DNA of 64,000 nucleotides from an uncultured Candidatus Saccharibacteria bacterium (GTDB taxonomy: Bacteria; Patescibacteriota; Minisyncoccia; Phycocordibacterales; CAYQYW01), in the NCBI GenBank assembly GCA_964421995.1, contig CAYQYW010000005.1, forward strand, positions 2,203-66,202, written 5' to 3'. The notes under the pieces are model-generated. The model did no database searches. It saw only the letters and a program-made list of their open reading frames with translations, and was not told the origin of the DNA. How positions within the stretch are numbered: the first letter of the stretch is position 1; each line of letters opens with the position of its first letter. Shown here piece by piece: positions 10,678-18,337 of the stretch. Made by a program: the position numbers and the translations under genes.

Positions 10678-11985
10678 ATGACATCTATGAATAATATAAA
10701 TCTTTTTCAGATGGTTATACTCGGCGTCTTCGTTTTTCTTGCAGCGGCGGGTGTTTTTGTTTTTGCTACGTTTAGTAATTTTGGAGATAAATCTTTTAAT
10801 AAAGTTATTATTTGGGGCACTATCCAAAATAATACAATGAATTCATATATCAGTGAGCTCAAGCGAGAGAATTCTGGATTAAAGGATGTTGAATATGTAG
10901 AGAAAGATAAGCGGATGTACGTAGAAGAGATCGTAGAAGCACTAGCTGCAGGAACTGGACCTGATCTTTTTATGCTTCCACATGAGTCTCTACTCAGACA
11001 GCAAGATAAGATTGTTCTTATACCCTATGATGCCTATTCAGAGAGAGAGTTCAAAGATACGTTCATAGAAGAAGGAGAGTTGTTCCTCAGTGATGAGGGG
11101 ATCTATGCACTACCATTTCTTGTAGACCCACTTATTATGTATTGGAATAGAGATTTATTTGCGAAAGAAGGACTTTCTAGTCCTCCAAGGTTCTGGGATG
11201 AATTATTTACACTTAGCGAAACGCTTACAAAAAGAGATCAGGCAGGAAATATAGTGCAGAGCACTGTTGCATTTGGAGAATATAGGAACGTTACTAATGC
11301 AAAGGAAATACTGACTGCGCTACTAATGCAGTCGGGAACGCCAATCACCAGCCGCGATGGGGACAAAGTACTCTCACGATTAACTGAGAAATTTGATTTT
11401 GTCACGCCGCCAACGGTTGCAGCGCTTCGCTTCTATACTGAATTTTCTAACCCTGTTAAGTCGGTATATTCCTGGAATAGAGGATTACAGAGCTCTCGAC
11501 AAGAATTTCTTGCGGGAGACCTAGCGATTTACTTCGGATTTGCAAGTGAACTTCAAGATATACGAGAATTAAATCCAAATCTTAACTTTGATATTGCAGA
11601 ATTTCCACAGTCGAGAGATGCATTAAAAAAATTAACCTACGGAAAAATGACCGGTCTTGCTATTTCAAAGCAGTCTCTTAACAAGCAAGGTGCTCTTCAG
11701 ACTGCGATAGCCCTTACGGGAGCATCCGGACTTTCTCTATTTACGGAGTCCACTAATCTTCCTCCGGTTAGAAGAGATTTACTACGTTCTATTCCAAGTG
11801 ACTCATATAATGGTCTTACCTACGTATCAGCGGTATTTTCAAATGCATGGCTTGATCCAAACGTAAAAGAAACCGATCTTCTCTTCAAGGAGATGGTGGA
11901 GTCAGTGACCTCTGGAAAGGAGAACCTAAGCTCTGCAGTTGGAATTGCGGATAAAGAGATGGAAAATCTATTGCGTAGTAGGTAG
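10678..11985 (+). CDS. Extracellular solute-binding protein (ABC transporter substrate-binding protein, family 1-like), membrane anchored
   Basis: N-terminal TM/signal anchor, then GPDLFMLPHE, IPYDAYSE, PFLVDPLIMYWNRDLF motifs typical of sugar-type SBPs. Start moved to MTSMNN (10678) because the upstream part of the ORF overlaps a hairpin and T-run that follow gyrA. Confidence 0.5.
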   Translation: MTSMNNINLFQMVILGVFVFLAAAGVFVFATFSNFGDKSFNKVIIWGTIQNNTMNSYISELKRENSGLKDVEYVEKDKRMYVEEIVEALAAGTGPDLFMLPHESLLRQQDKIVLIPYDAYSEREFKDTFIEEGELFLSDEGIYALPFLVDPLIMYWNRDLFAKEGLSSPPRFWDELFTLSETLTKRDQAGNIVQSTVAFGEYRNVTNAKEILTALLMQSGTPITSRDGDKVLSRLTEKFDFVTPPTVAALRFYTEFSNPVKSVYSWNRGLQSSRQEFLAGDLAIYFGFASELQDIRELNPNLNFDIAEFPQSRDALKKLTYGKMTGLAISKQSLNKQGALQTAIALTGASGLSLFTESTNLPPVRRDLLRSIPSDSYNGLTYVSAVFSNAWLDPNVKETDLLFKEMVESVTSGKENLSSAVGIADKEMENLLRSR

Positions 11986-11995
11986 AATACTATAT

Positions 11996-12331
11996 ATGAG
12001 AATATTACTTTTTAACGCATTATTATTACTTCCCATGATTGCACTCGCGACACATGGAGGTGGAGCTTTTGAGAATCCACTAGGATATAACACCATTGAA
12101 CAATTTCTTACTGCAGTACTTGGTGCAGTGGTAGTGATAGCCTTTCCGTTTATTGTGTTGTTTCTTGTCTATGCTGGATTTCTATTTGTAAGTGCACAGG
12201 GAAATGAGGAAAAGCTTAGTACCGCCAAAAAAGTATTCATGTGGACGATTGTTGGTGGGTTGCTTGTTCTTGGAGCACAAGTACTTTCATATGCGATACA
12301 GGGTACCATACAAGAAATAAGCTATTTCTAA
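11996..12331 (+). CDS. Small secreted two-helix membrane protein, TrbC/VirB2-like (T4SS-pilin-like) paralog 1
   Basis: Signal peptide (MRILLFNALLLLPMIALATHG), then hydrophobic helix, charged loop (SAQGNEEKLSTAKK), second helix. Shares this architecture with the next four genes. Confidence 0.45.
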   Translation: MRILLFNALLLLPMIALATHGGGAFENPLGYNTIEQFLTAVLGAVVVIAFPFIVLFLVYAGFLFVSAQGNEEKLSTAKKVFMWTIVGGLLVLGAQVLSYAIQGTIQEISYF

Positions 12332-12332
12332 T

Positions 12333-12590
12333 ATGAGAATAAGAACATTAGAAGACCTTATCTTTATTCTTACTGATCTAGTAAGTGCTCTAGTACCTGT
12401 GTTGTTTGCTCTTGCATTCCTCGCCTTCTTCTGGGGGTTAGCCACCTTTATCCTAAACGCAGGAAACGAGGAAGGAAGAACGAAAGGAAAAACAACACTT
12501 GTTTGGGGTTCAATTTCTTTGTTTGTAATCTTTAGTATTTGGGGAATATTAACGTTATTAAAGAATACATTCTTCTTGTCGTATGTATAA
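12333..12590 (+). CDS. TrbC/VirB2-like pilin-like small membrane protein, paralog 2
   Basis: Conserved block LAFLAFFWGLATFILNAGNEEGRTKGKTTLVWGSISLFVIFSIWG shared with paralogs 3-5. Confidence 0.5.
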   Translation: MRIRTLEDLIFILTDLVSALVPVLFALAFLAFFWGLATFILNAGNEEGRTKGKTTLVWGSISLFVIFSIWGILTLLKNTFFLSYV

Positions 12591-12861
12591 TTTATATGGA
12601 GTCATTAATCAAGTATTTTATCTAATTAAGAATGCAACATATATCGTTGCTAGCCTTGCACTTCTTTATTTCTTTTGGGGACTTGCAGAATTAATACTAA
12701 AGTCATCTGACGATGAGAAAAGAAAAGAAAGTATACAGAAACTAATATGGGGACTGGTAGCACTGTTCGTGCTACTCAGTATTGCAGGGATTATAAATTT
12801 ACTTCAATTTTCTTTTGGATTAGATGTACATTCTTCATGGCACTTGCTGGAGAGATTGTGA
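12583..12861 (+). CDS. TrbC/VirB2-like pilin-like small membrane protein, paralog 3
   Basis: LALLYFFWGLAELILKSSDDEKRKESIQKLIWGLVALFVLLSIAG. Same two-helix and charged-loop architecture. Confidence 0.5.
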   Translation: MYNLYGVINQVFYLIKNATYIVASLALLYFFWGLAELILKSSDDEKRKESIQKLIWGLVALFVLLSIAGIINLLQFSFGLDVHSSWHLLERL

Positions 12862-12944
12862 TATACTATCATTATCCACAAAGTGTTATTTGCATATAGC
12901 TTCTAGCTCTTTTATTATTAGTACATACATTTAATAATTTTATA

Positions 12945-13289
12945 ATGAACACAATGAAAAAACTAAGTTTTGTCGGCATCCTATCGTTAACCCCATTTCT
13001 TGCATTTGCTCAAACCGCAGGAGATGTATTAACTACGATCGGTGAGTTAATTGGGACTGCTACACCGATTGTCGTTGCACTTGCACTTCTTTATTTCTTT
13101 TGGGGACTTGCGACATTTATTCTTTCGGCCGGAGATGAAGATAATAGAAAAAAAGGAAGAGAAGTTATGATATGGGGCATTATTGCGCTATTCATTATTG
13201 TTTCAGTGTGGGGGCTTATCGGACTTGTACAGCAAACACTTGGTCTTGATACTGATTCAACAATTACTGTTCCCTCAGTAGAACTATAG
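12945..13289 (+). CDS. TrbC/VirB2-like pilin-like small membrane protein with cleavable signal peptide, paralog 4
   Basis: Signal peptide ending LAFA-QT. Then LALLYFFWGLATFILSAGDEDNRKKGREVMIWGIIALFIIVSVWG. Confidence 0.5.
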   Translation: MNTMKKLSFVGILSLTPFLAFAQTAGDVLTTIGELIGTATPIVVALALLYFFWGLATFILSAGDEDNRKKGREVMIWGIIALFIIVSVWGLIGLVQQTLGLDTDSTITVPSVEL

Positions 13290-13292
13290 TAT

Positions 13293-13568
13293 ATGAATCA
13301 AGTGGGTCAGTTAATGCACAGGATTAATGATGTAATTATTAATCCACTTATTGGTTTATTGTTTACCGTAGCGTTTGTGATCTTTCTGTGGGGGGCAGTG
13401 AGTTTCATTTTTAATGCTTCAGATGCTGAGGCTCAAAAAAAAGGAAAAAAAAACATGGTATGGGGAATCCTTGGAATGTTTATCATGGTGTCCGTCATTG
13501 CAATATTAAGTATTGTACTCCGAACCTTTGGTGTTGATACGTTGAATACTGGTAGAGGATTTTTCTAG
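13293..13568 (+). CDS. TrbC/VirB2-like pilin-like small membrane protein, paralog 5
   Basis: VAFVIFLWGAVSFIFNASDAEAQKKGKKNMVWGILGMFIMVSV. Same family block. Confidence 0.5.
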   Translation: MNQVGQLMHRINDVIINPLIGLLFTVAFVIFLWGAVSFIFNASDAEAQKKGKKNMVWGILGMFIMVSVIAILSIVLRTFGVDTLNTGRGFF

Positions 13569-13609
13569 AACAAAACCCGCAAGAGCGGGCTTACTTTTTA
13601 TCCACCATA

Positions 13610-13695
13610 CTTGGTGGGCGAGAGAGGACTCGAACCTCCACGCCTTGCGGCACTAGTTCCTAAGACTAGCGTGTCTACCATTTCACCACTCGCCC
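13610..13695 (-). tRNA. tRNA-Leu (anticodon TAG), CCA encoded
   Basis: Reverse complement GGGCGAGTGGTGAAATGGTAGACACGCTAGTCTTAGGAACTAG...GGTTCGAGTCCTCTCTCGCCCACCA. Anticodon loop CTTAGGA. Long variable arm (class II). Confidence 0.85.
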
Positions 13696-13711
13696 AAAGT
13701 AAAGAACAATG

Positions 13712-13784
13712 TCCGCCCGGTAGGACTTGAACCTACGACCTTATGGTTAAGAGCCATCTGCTCTACCAACTGAGCTACGGGCGG
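13712..13784 (-). tRNA. tRNA-Lys (anticodon CTT)
   Basis: Reverse complement CCGCCCGTAGCTCAGTTGGTAGAGCAGATGGCTCTTAACCATAAGGTCGTAGGTTCAAGTCCTACCGGGCGGA. Anticodon loop CTCTTAA. No encoded CCA. Confidence 0.8.
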
Positions 13785-13835
13785 ATTGCGTTACATAAAT
13801 GTACACTAAAACTACATATAATTCAATACTTTTTG

Positions 13836-13919
13836 TGCCGGGAGCGGGGATCGAACCCGCACAAGCTTTCGCTTACAACATTTTAAGTGTTGCGTGTCTA
13901 CCATTTCACCACCCCGGCA
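13836..13919 (-). tRNA. tRNA-Leu (anticodon TAA)
   Basis: Reverse complement GCCGGGGTGGTGAAATGGTAGACACGCAACACTTAAAATGTTG...GGTTCGATCCCCGCTCCCGGCA. Loop CTTAAAA. Long variable arm. Confidence 0.85.
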
Positions 13920-13920
13920 T

Positions 13921-13995
13921 GGAGGCCTGAGCCGGAGTCGAACCGGCGCATAGAAGTTTTGCAAACTCCTGCCTTAACCACTTGGCTATCAGGCC
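13921..13995 (-). tRNA. tRNA-Cys (anticodon GCA), CCA encoded
   Basis: Reverse complement GGCCTGATAGCCAAGTGGTTAAGGCAGGAGTTTGCAAAACTTCTATGCGCCGGTTCGACTCCGGCTCAGGCCTCCA. Loop TTGCAAA. Confidence 0.85.
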
Positions 13996-14316
13996 TTAAA
14001 CTTGTAAAAGTTCATCAATCCTCCTTCTGTTTTTGTCTCCTTCATCTATCTTGAAGTCAAAGTAGGGAACTCGTTTCATATTTGTTTTTGACATAACAAA
14101 TGTTCGAAAGTCTCTACCTCTTCTCATCAAGAAGTGAATTACCTCTTGCTCTTTTTCCTCAGGCATGACCGTAATATAGATAGTTGCATTGCTGAAGTTT
14201 GGTGATACATCAGCATCAGTCACGGTAACAAGAGATTCTCTATTAGATTCTTGGCTAATAAAGTCTCCTGCAAACTGCAGCAACTGTCCTTTTACTTGTT
14301 CTTGCCTCTGCGTCAT
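13996..14316 (-). CDS. rbfA: Ribosome-binding factor A
   Basis: 106 aa. KH-like RbfA pattern (ESNRESLVTVTDADVSPNFSNATIYITV). Located downstream of infB, the canonical infB-rbfA order. Confidence 0.8.
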   Translation of the reverse strand: MTQRQEQVKGQLLQFAGDFISQESNRESLVTVTDADVSPNFSNATIYITVMPEEKEQEVIHFLMRRGRDFRTFVMSKTNMKRVPYFDFKIDEGDKNRRRIDELLQV

Positions 14317-14324
14317 ACTCTATA

Positions 14325-15794
14325 TTATTTTATCGCAATAATAAAGGTCTCGAGGATATCTCCCTCTGCAACATCAAACGGCGAGGTGACTTCTGATCCA
14401 AACTCACCTTCCTCAACTTTATTTGTTTGAGCTTTTTGCTGTTGCAACCCCTCTATTGTACCATTTGCAATGGCCTCCTCTTTTCTCACTATCGTGAACG
14501 TATCACCAACCGAAATTGATCCTGTTTCAATTCTTCCCCCAATTACTTGCTTGTTTTTTGTCTTATTAAATATCTTTAATACTTTCATTTTGCCAGTCAC
14601 CTCTTTCACCTCCATCCTTGGGGTACGTTTCTTGATTGCCTCTTCTAACCATTCAGTGAGCTTGTAGATAATATCAAACCGAGCTACCTCAATTTCCGTT
14701 CTTCTAGCCAATTCTTCAGCTGGTGCATCGATGGATACATTAAATCCTGCAACGATTGCGTGATCAGACCCTCCTGCAGTTTTAATATCATTTTCGGTAA
14801 TTGTACCGACGCCGCTGTGGATTATTTTACTATGCACTCGATCACTTTTCATTTTATTGATTTCATGGAGTACTGCGTCTAGTGTCCCAAGTGCATCTGC
14901 CTTCACGATAATCGGGATGGTATGTTGGTCGCCAACAGTTTTGTTTACCACTTGCTTTTCCTTCTTGAATGTTGCTGTTAGTCGTTCAGCTTCTTTTTTA
15001 CTTGTTACGGTAGTGAATGCAGACCCCACATCAGGAATTGTATTGAACCCAATGAGGGTTACTGGACTTGAGAAGGTTGCTTCTTTAATGCTGTCTCCAA
15101 GAAAATTCTGCATGATTCGTGTAGGGGAGTAACTATTTCCTGATACCACAAACGATCCAGATGAAAGCGTTCCATCTTTAATAATTAATGTTGCTGAAAT
15201 TCCTTTCTTTGGGTCACGGTGTGACTCAATAATAATACCTTCTGCATACTTCTCTTTGTCTCCTTTAAGCTCCTCAACTTCGGAAACCAGAAGCATCATG
15301 TTCAACAGATCAGGAATTCCTTCTCCTGTTTTTGAAGAGATCGCAACATAGGGAACGTCACCCCCGAGCCCCTCAAGATATATTTCGTGCTCAAGAAGAC
15401 TGTTTTTTACTTTCTCAACATTTGCACGTTCTTTGTCTATTTTGGTGAGTGCAACAATGTAGGGGATTCCAGCGTCCGTAATTGATTGAAGGGCTTCTAT
15501 TGTCTGCGTCTTTGGTCCTTCTTCAGCTGATATAATGAGGATAGCAATATCTGCCACCTTACTCCCCCGAGCACGCATTTTTTGGAATGCCTCGTGTCCA
15601 GGTGTATCAAGGAAGGTTATTAACTTTCCCTTGTGCTTTACTTCGTACGCTGAAAGGTGCTGGGTGATTCCTCCCGCTTCACTTTCTACAACTTTGGTGC
15701 TTCTAATGTAATCGAGTAGTGCAGACTTACCATGGTCGATATGTCCCATTATCGCAATTACGGGCGGTCGTTCTTTTTCTTTGATATCTTTCAT
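14325..15794 (-). CDS. infB: Translation initiation factor IF-2 (short form lacking the N-terminal extension)
   Basis: G domain motifs GHIDHGKS, DTPGHEAF, LTKIDK. C-terminal beta-barrel domains. Confidence 0.9.
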   Translation of the reverse strand: MKDIKEKERPPVIAIMGHIDHGKSALLDYIRSTKVVESEAGGITQHLSAYEVKHKGKLITFLDTPGHEAFQKMRARGSKVADIAILIISAEEGPKTQTIEALQSITDAGIPYIVALTKIDKERANVEKVKNSLLEHEIYLEGLGGDVPYVAISSKTGEGIPDLLNMMLLVSEVEELKGDKEKYAEGIIIESHRDPKKGISATLIIKDGTLSSGSFVVSGNSYSPTRIMQNFLGDSIKEATFSSPVTLIGFNTIPDVGSAFTTVTSKKEAERLTATFKKEKQVVNKTVGDQHTIPIIVKADALGTLDAVLHEINKMKSDRVHSKIIHSGVGTITENDIKTAGGSDHAIVAGFNVSIDAPAEELARRTEIEVARFDIIYKLTEWLEEAIKKRTPRMEVKEVTGKMKVLKIFNKTKNKQVIGGRIETGSISVGDTFTIVRKEEAIANGTIEGLQQQKAQTNKVEEGEFGSEVTSPFDVAEGDILETFIIAIK

Positions 15795-15805
15795 AATTCA
15801 TGTAG

Positions 15806-16279
15806 TTATTGCATTTTTGCTTTTGCCTTTTTGAGTGCTGCCTTTTCCTCATTAGAAAGATCAAAAGGTGAAGTAAACCCATCAAGGGGCTTTGCGAAGA
15901 CACTCATTCGGTCTCTTGAGTAGATACTTGAAAGTATTACCCCAGTACCTTCCTCATTAATAAACGCAGTGGCAAAGCTTTGATTTCCACCACCTGCACC
16001 CTTAAATGGATTAAATCGTATGGTATCAACTCCACGAACGCTCTTTTTGAGTCGTTTTTCTACCTTTTCAAGGTATGATTCCATCTCAGTTCTAAACTGA
16101 TTCATGTCCTTTTGATTTTCAATCAACGAAAGAATTGAACCCTCGAGACTTTTTCCATTTTTCCCTCGAAGGAGTTGCCCCATCTTTAGTTCAAGGCGCA
16201 CAATCCAAACAACAAGCAAAAAAATACCAGTTGATAGTACTACAATAGTAGGGTTTATATACATTAGTAGGTCTGTCAT
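15806..16279 (-). CDS. DUF4446-family membrane protein
   Basis: N-terminal TM helix, coiled-coil region, then RFNPFKGAGGGNQSFATAFINEEGTGVILSSIYSRDRMSVFAKPL, matching the DUF4446 core (G-x-GG-x-QSF ... VLSS). Confidence 0.5.
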   Translation of the reverse strand: MTDLLMYINPTIVVLSTGIFLLVVWIVRLELKMGQLLRGKNGKSLEGSILSLIENQKDMNQFRTEMESYLEKVEKRLKKSVRGVDTIRFNPFKGAGGGNQSFATAFINEEGTGVILSSIYSRDRMSVFAKPLDGFTSPFDLSNEEKAALKKAKAKMQ

Positions 16280-16359
16280 AGAAAGGTTTGCTTAATTAAC
16301 CTATTATACACACGGTTACCTCTTTTGCAAAAAGTGAAATTACTTGTACAATCATGTGA

Positions 16360-17511
16360 ATGAATAGAGTTTATTTAGATAATGCTGCTTCCACCTCGGT
16401 AGATAAGCGAGTGGTGAAGGCAATGATGCCATACTGGAGTGAACAATACGGTAATGCGGGAGGTATTCTTCATGATGAGGGAATGGAAGGAAGAACCGCA
16501 ATCGACACTGCTCGGCAAGAATTGGCAGGGTACATCAACGCACAAGAAACTGAGATTGTTTTTACTTCAGGAGGAACTGAAGCGAATAACTTAGCTATTT
16601 TAGGCGTAGTGCGAAGGCTTGAGGATGAGGGTACTCCACTTACAGACATGCATATCATTACCACCGAGATTGAGCACTCTTCGGTACTAGATATTTTCAA
16701 ATTTCTTGAAAAAAAAGGAGTACAGATGTCCTATGTACAAGTAGATATTGATGGACTAATTCTCATTGAAGACGTACAGAACGCACTACAGGACAATACT
16801 GTACTGGTATCAGTTATGATGAGTAATAATGAAATTGGAACGGTGATGCCCGTTTTCGAGATTGGAAGAATGATTTTGGCAAAAAAGAAGGGAAGAGCGT
16901 TACCGCTTTATTTTCATGTAGACGCAAGCCAGGCTGCACTTTTCTTCAAGATAAATGTGTTGACCTTACACGCTGACCTCATCACTTTTGATGCGCAGAA
17001 AATGTATGGACCGAAGGGGGTTGGGTTTTTGTACAAAAATCAGAAGGTAGAGTTGCAACCACTAATGCTTGGTGGTAATCAGGAATTTGGATTGCGTCCC
17101 GGAACACCAAACACTCCATTAATTGTTGGATACCATAAGGCATTTGAACTAGTTGAGGAGAGTAGAGAAAAGCATAACAAGCAGATGACAGAGCTTCGTA
17201 ATTATTTTATTGCTGAAGTAGAAGCACGAGGGGCGACTCTAAACGGAAGTCGTGAGAAGCGTGTACCCAGCAATATTAATGTGTCCTTCGAAGGATACGA
17301 TGCTGAGTTTTTTGTGATTTCATTAAATAAAAAAGGAGTAGCTTGTTCGGCAAAAAGTGCCTGTCTTGGATCAAACAAAGATGGCTCATATGTAGTGAGA
17401 GCTCTCGGTGGAAAAGGTACGAGCTCGGTTAGGTTTTCACTCTCAAAATATACGACAAAAAAAGAGTTAGATTTTACCTTAAGGATGATAGAAGAAATAT
17501 TGAAAAAATAA
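16360..17511 (+). CDS. iscS: Cysteine desulfurase (class V aminotransferase, IscS/NifS family)
   Basis: VYLDNAASTSVD, FTSGGTEANNLAILG, SxHK-type PLP-lysine region, C-terminal SAKSACLGS active-site Cys loop. Confidence 0.85.
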   Translation: MNRVYLDNAASTSVDKRVVKAMMPYWSEQYGNAGGILHDEGMEGRTAIDTARQELAGYINAQETEIVFTSGGTEANNLAILGVVRRLEDEGTPLTDMHIITTEIEHSSVLDIFKFLEKKGVQMSYVQVDIDGLILIEDVQNALQDNTVLVSVMMSNNEIGTVMPVFEIGRMILAKKKGRALPLYFHVDASQAALFFKINVLTLHADLITFDAQKMYGPKGVGFLYKNQKVELQPLMLGGNQEFGLRPGTPNTPLIVGYHKAFELVEESREKHNKQMTELRNYFIAEVEARGATLNGSREKRVPSNINVSFEGYDAEFFVISLNKKGVACSAKSACLGSNKDGSYVVRALGGKGTSSVRFSLSKYTTKKELDFTLRMIEEILKK

Positions 17512-17535
17512 TAAAATGTACTATAATATGTATAT

Positions 17536-18333
17536 ATGGATGTTGAAGAACTAACAAAATCACAAATTATTCTTTTAACCCTTCTAATCAGCTTTGTTAC
17601 CTCAATTGCAACAGGTATTGTGACGGTGAGCCTACTTGATCAAGCGCCTCCTGCAATTACCCAGACGATAAACAGGGTGGTAGAGCGGACAATCGAGCGA
17701 GTGGTTCCTGACACCACGCAAGGAGCAGTAGTAACGAAGACGATTGTTGTAAAGGAAGAAGATTTAATTACTGAATCAATTGAACGAAATTCAAGGAGTC
17801 TTGTGCGAATCTACAATACTGAAGAAGTATTTCTTGGACTTGGGTTCTTTGTTGATGGTAGAGGGGTTATTGCAACTGATGCATCAATCATTGGTCTTGA
17901 CGAAGAATATTCTGTGGTGACGCATGACGGAAATACATATACTGCAGGTTTACTTGAAGATTCATTTCTCAGTATTTCCGAAGCGCAGGAAGTTTCATTT
18001 GAATCAGTGACGTACGCAGACCTTACTTCTTTGAAACTAGGTCAAACGGTAATTGCATTAAGTGGAAAAGAGCGCACCGGTGTATCAATGGGAATTGTTT
18101 CAGGATTTCTTGAAACACAAGAAGTAATTGAAGCGACAGAAGAAAAAGAAGAATATACCGTCAGTGTGCTTGCTGAAATTGAAACTTCAGTTAATTTACA
18201 AAAAGTAATCTTTGGAAGTCCGCTCGTGAATATGTTCGGTGAAGTTGTTGGTATTCATACAACAGCGTCAAATGGGTACGTTCCACTACCACCTACCCCT
18301 GTTATAGAAGAGGAGGAAGTGATCACTGAATAG
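17536..18333 (+). CDS. Membrane-anchored trypsin-like (HtrA/S1C-like) peptidase-domain protein, probably catalytically degenerate
   Basis: N-terminal TM helix. LGLGFFVDGRGVIATDASII aligns with the HtrA GSGFII..GYILTNNHVV block but the catalytic His is replaced. FGSPLVNMFGEVVGIHT resembles the GDSGGPL box. Confidence 0.4.
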   Translation: MDVEELTKSQIILLTLLISFVTSIATGIVTVSLLDQAPPAITQTINRVVERTIERVVPDTTQGAVVTKTIVVKEEDLITESIERNSRSLVRIYNTEEVFLGLGFFVDGRGVIATDASIIGLDEEYSVVTHDGNTYTAGLLEDSFLSISEAQEVSFESVTYADLTSLKLGQTVIALSGKERTGVSMGIVSGFLETQEVIEATEEKEEYTVSVLAEIETSVNLQKVIFGSPLVNMFGEVVGIHTTASNGYVPLPPTPVIEEEEVITE

Positions 18334-18337
18334 AGTT

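Noticed and set aside
16325-16352. Sigma-70-like promoter TTGCAA-16 nt-TACAAT immediately upstream of iscS
   Set aside because: The hexamers look good, but the -10 element ends only 7 nt before the annotated ATG, which would require a leaderless transcript. Promoter consensus in this lineage is unknown, so it is not listed as a feature.
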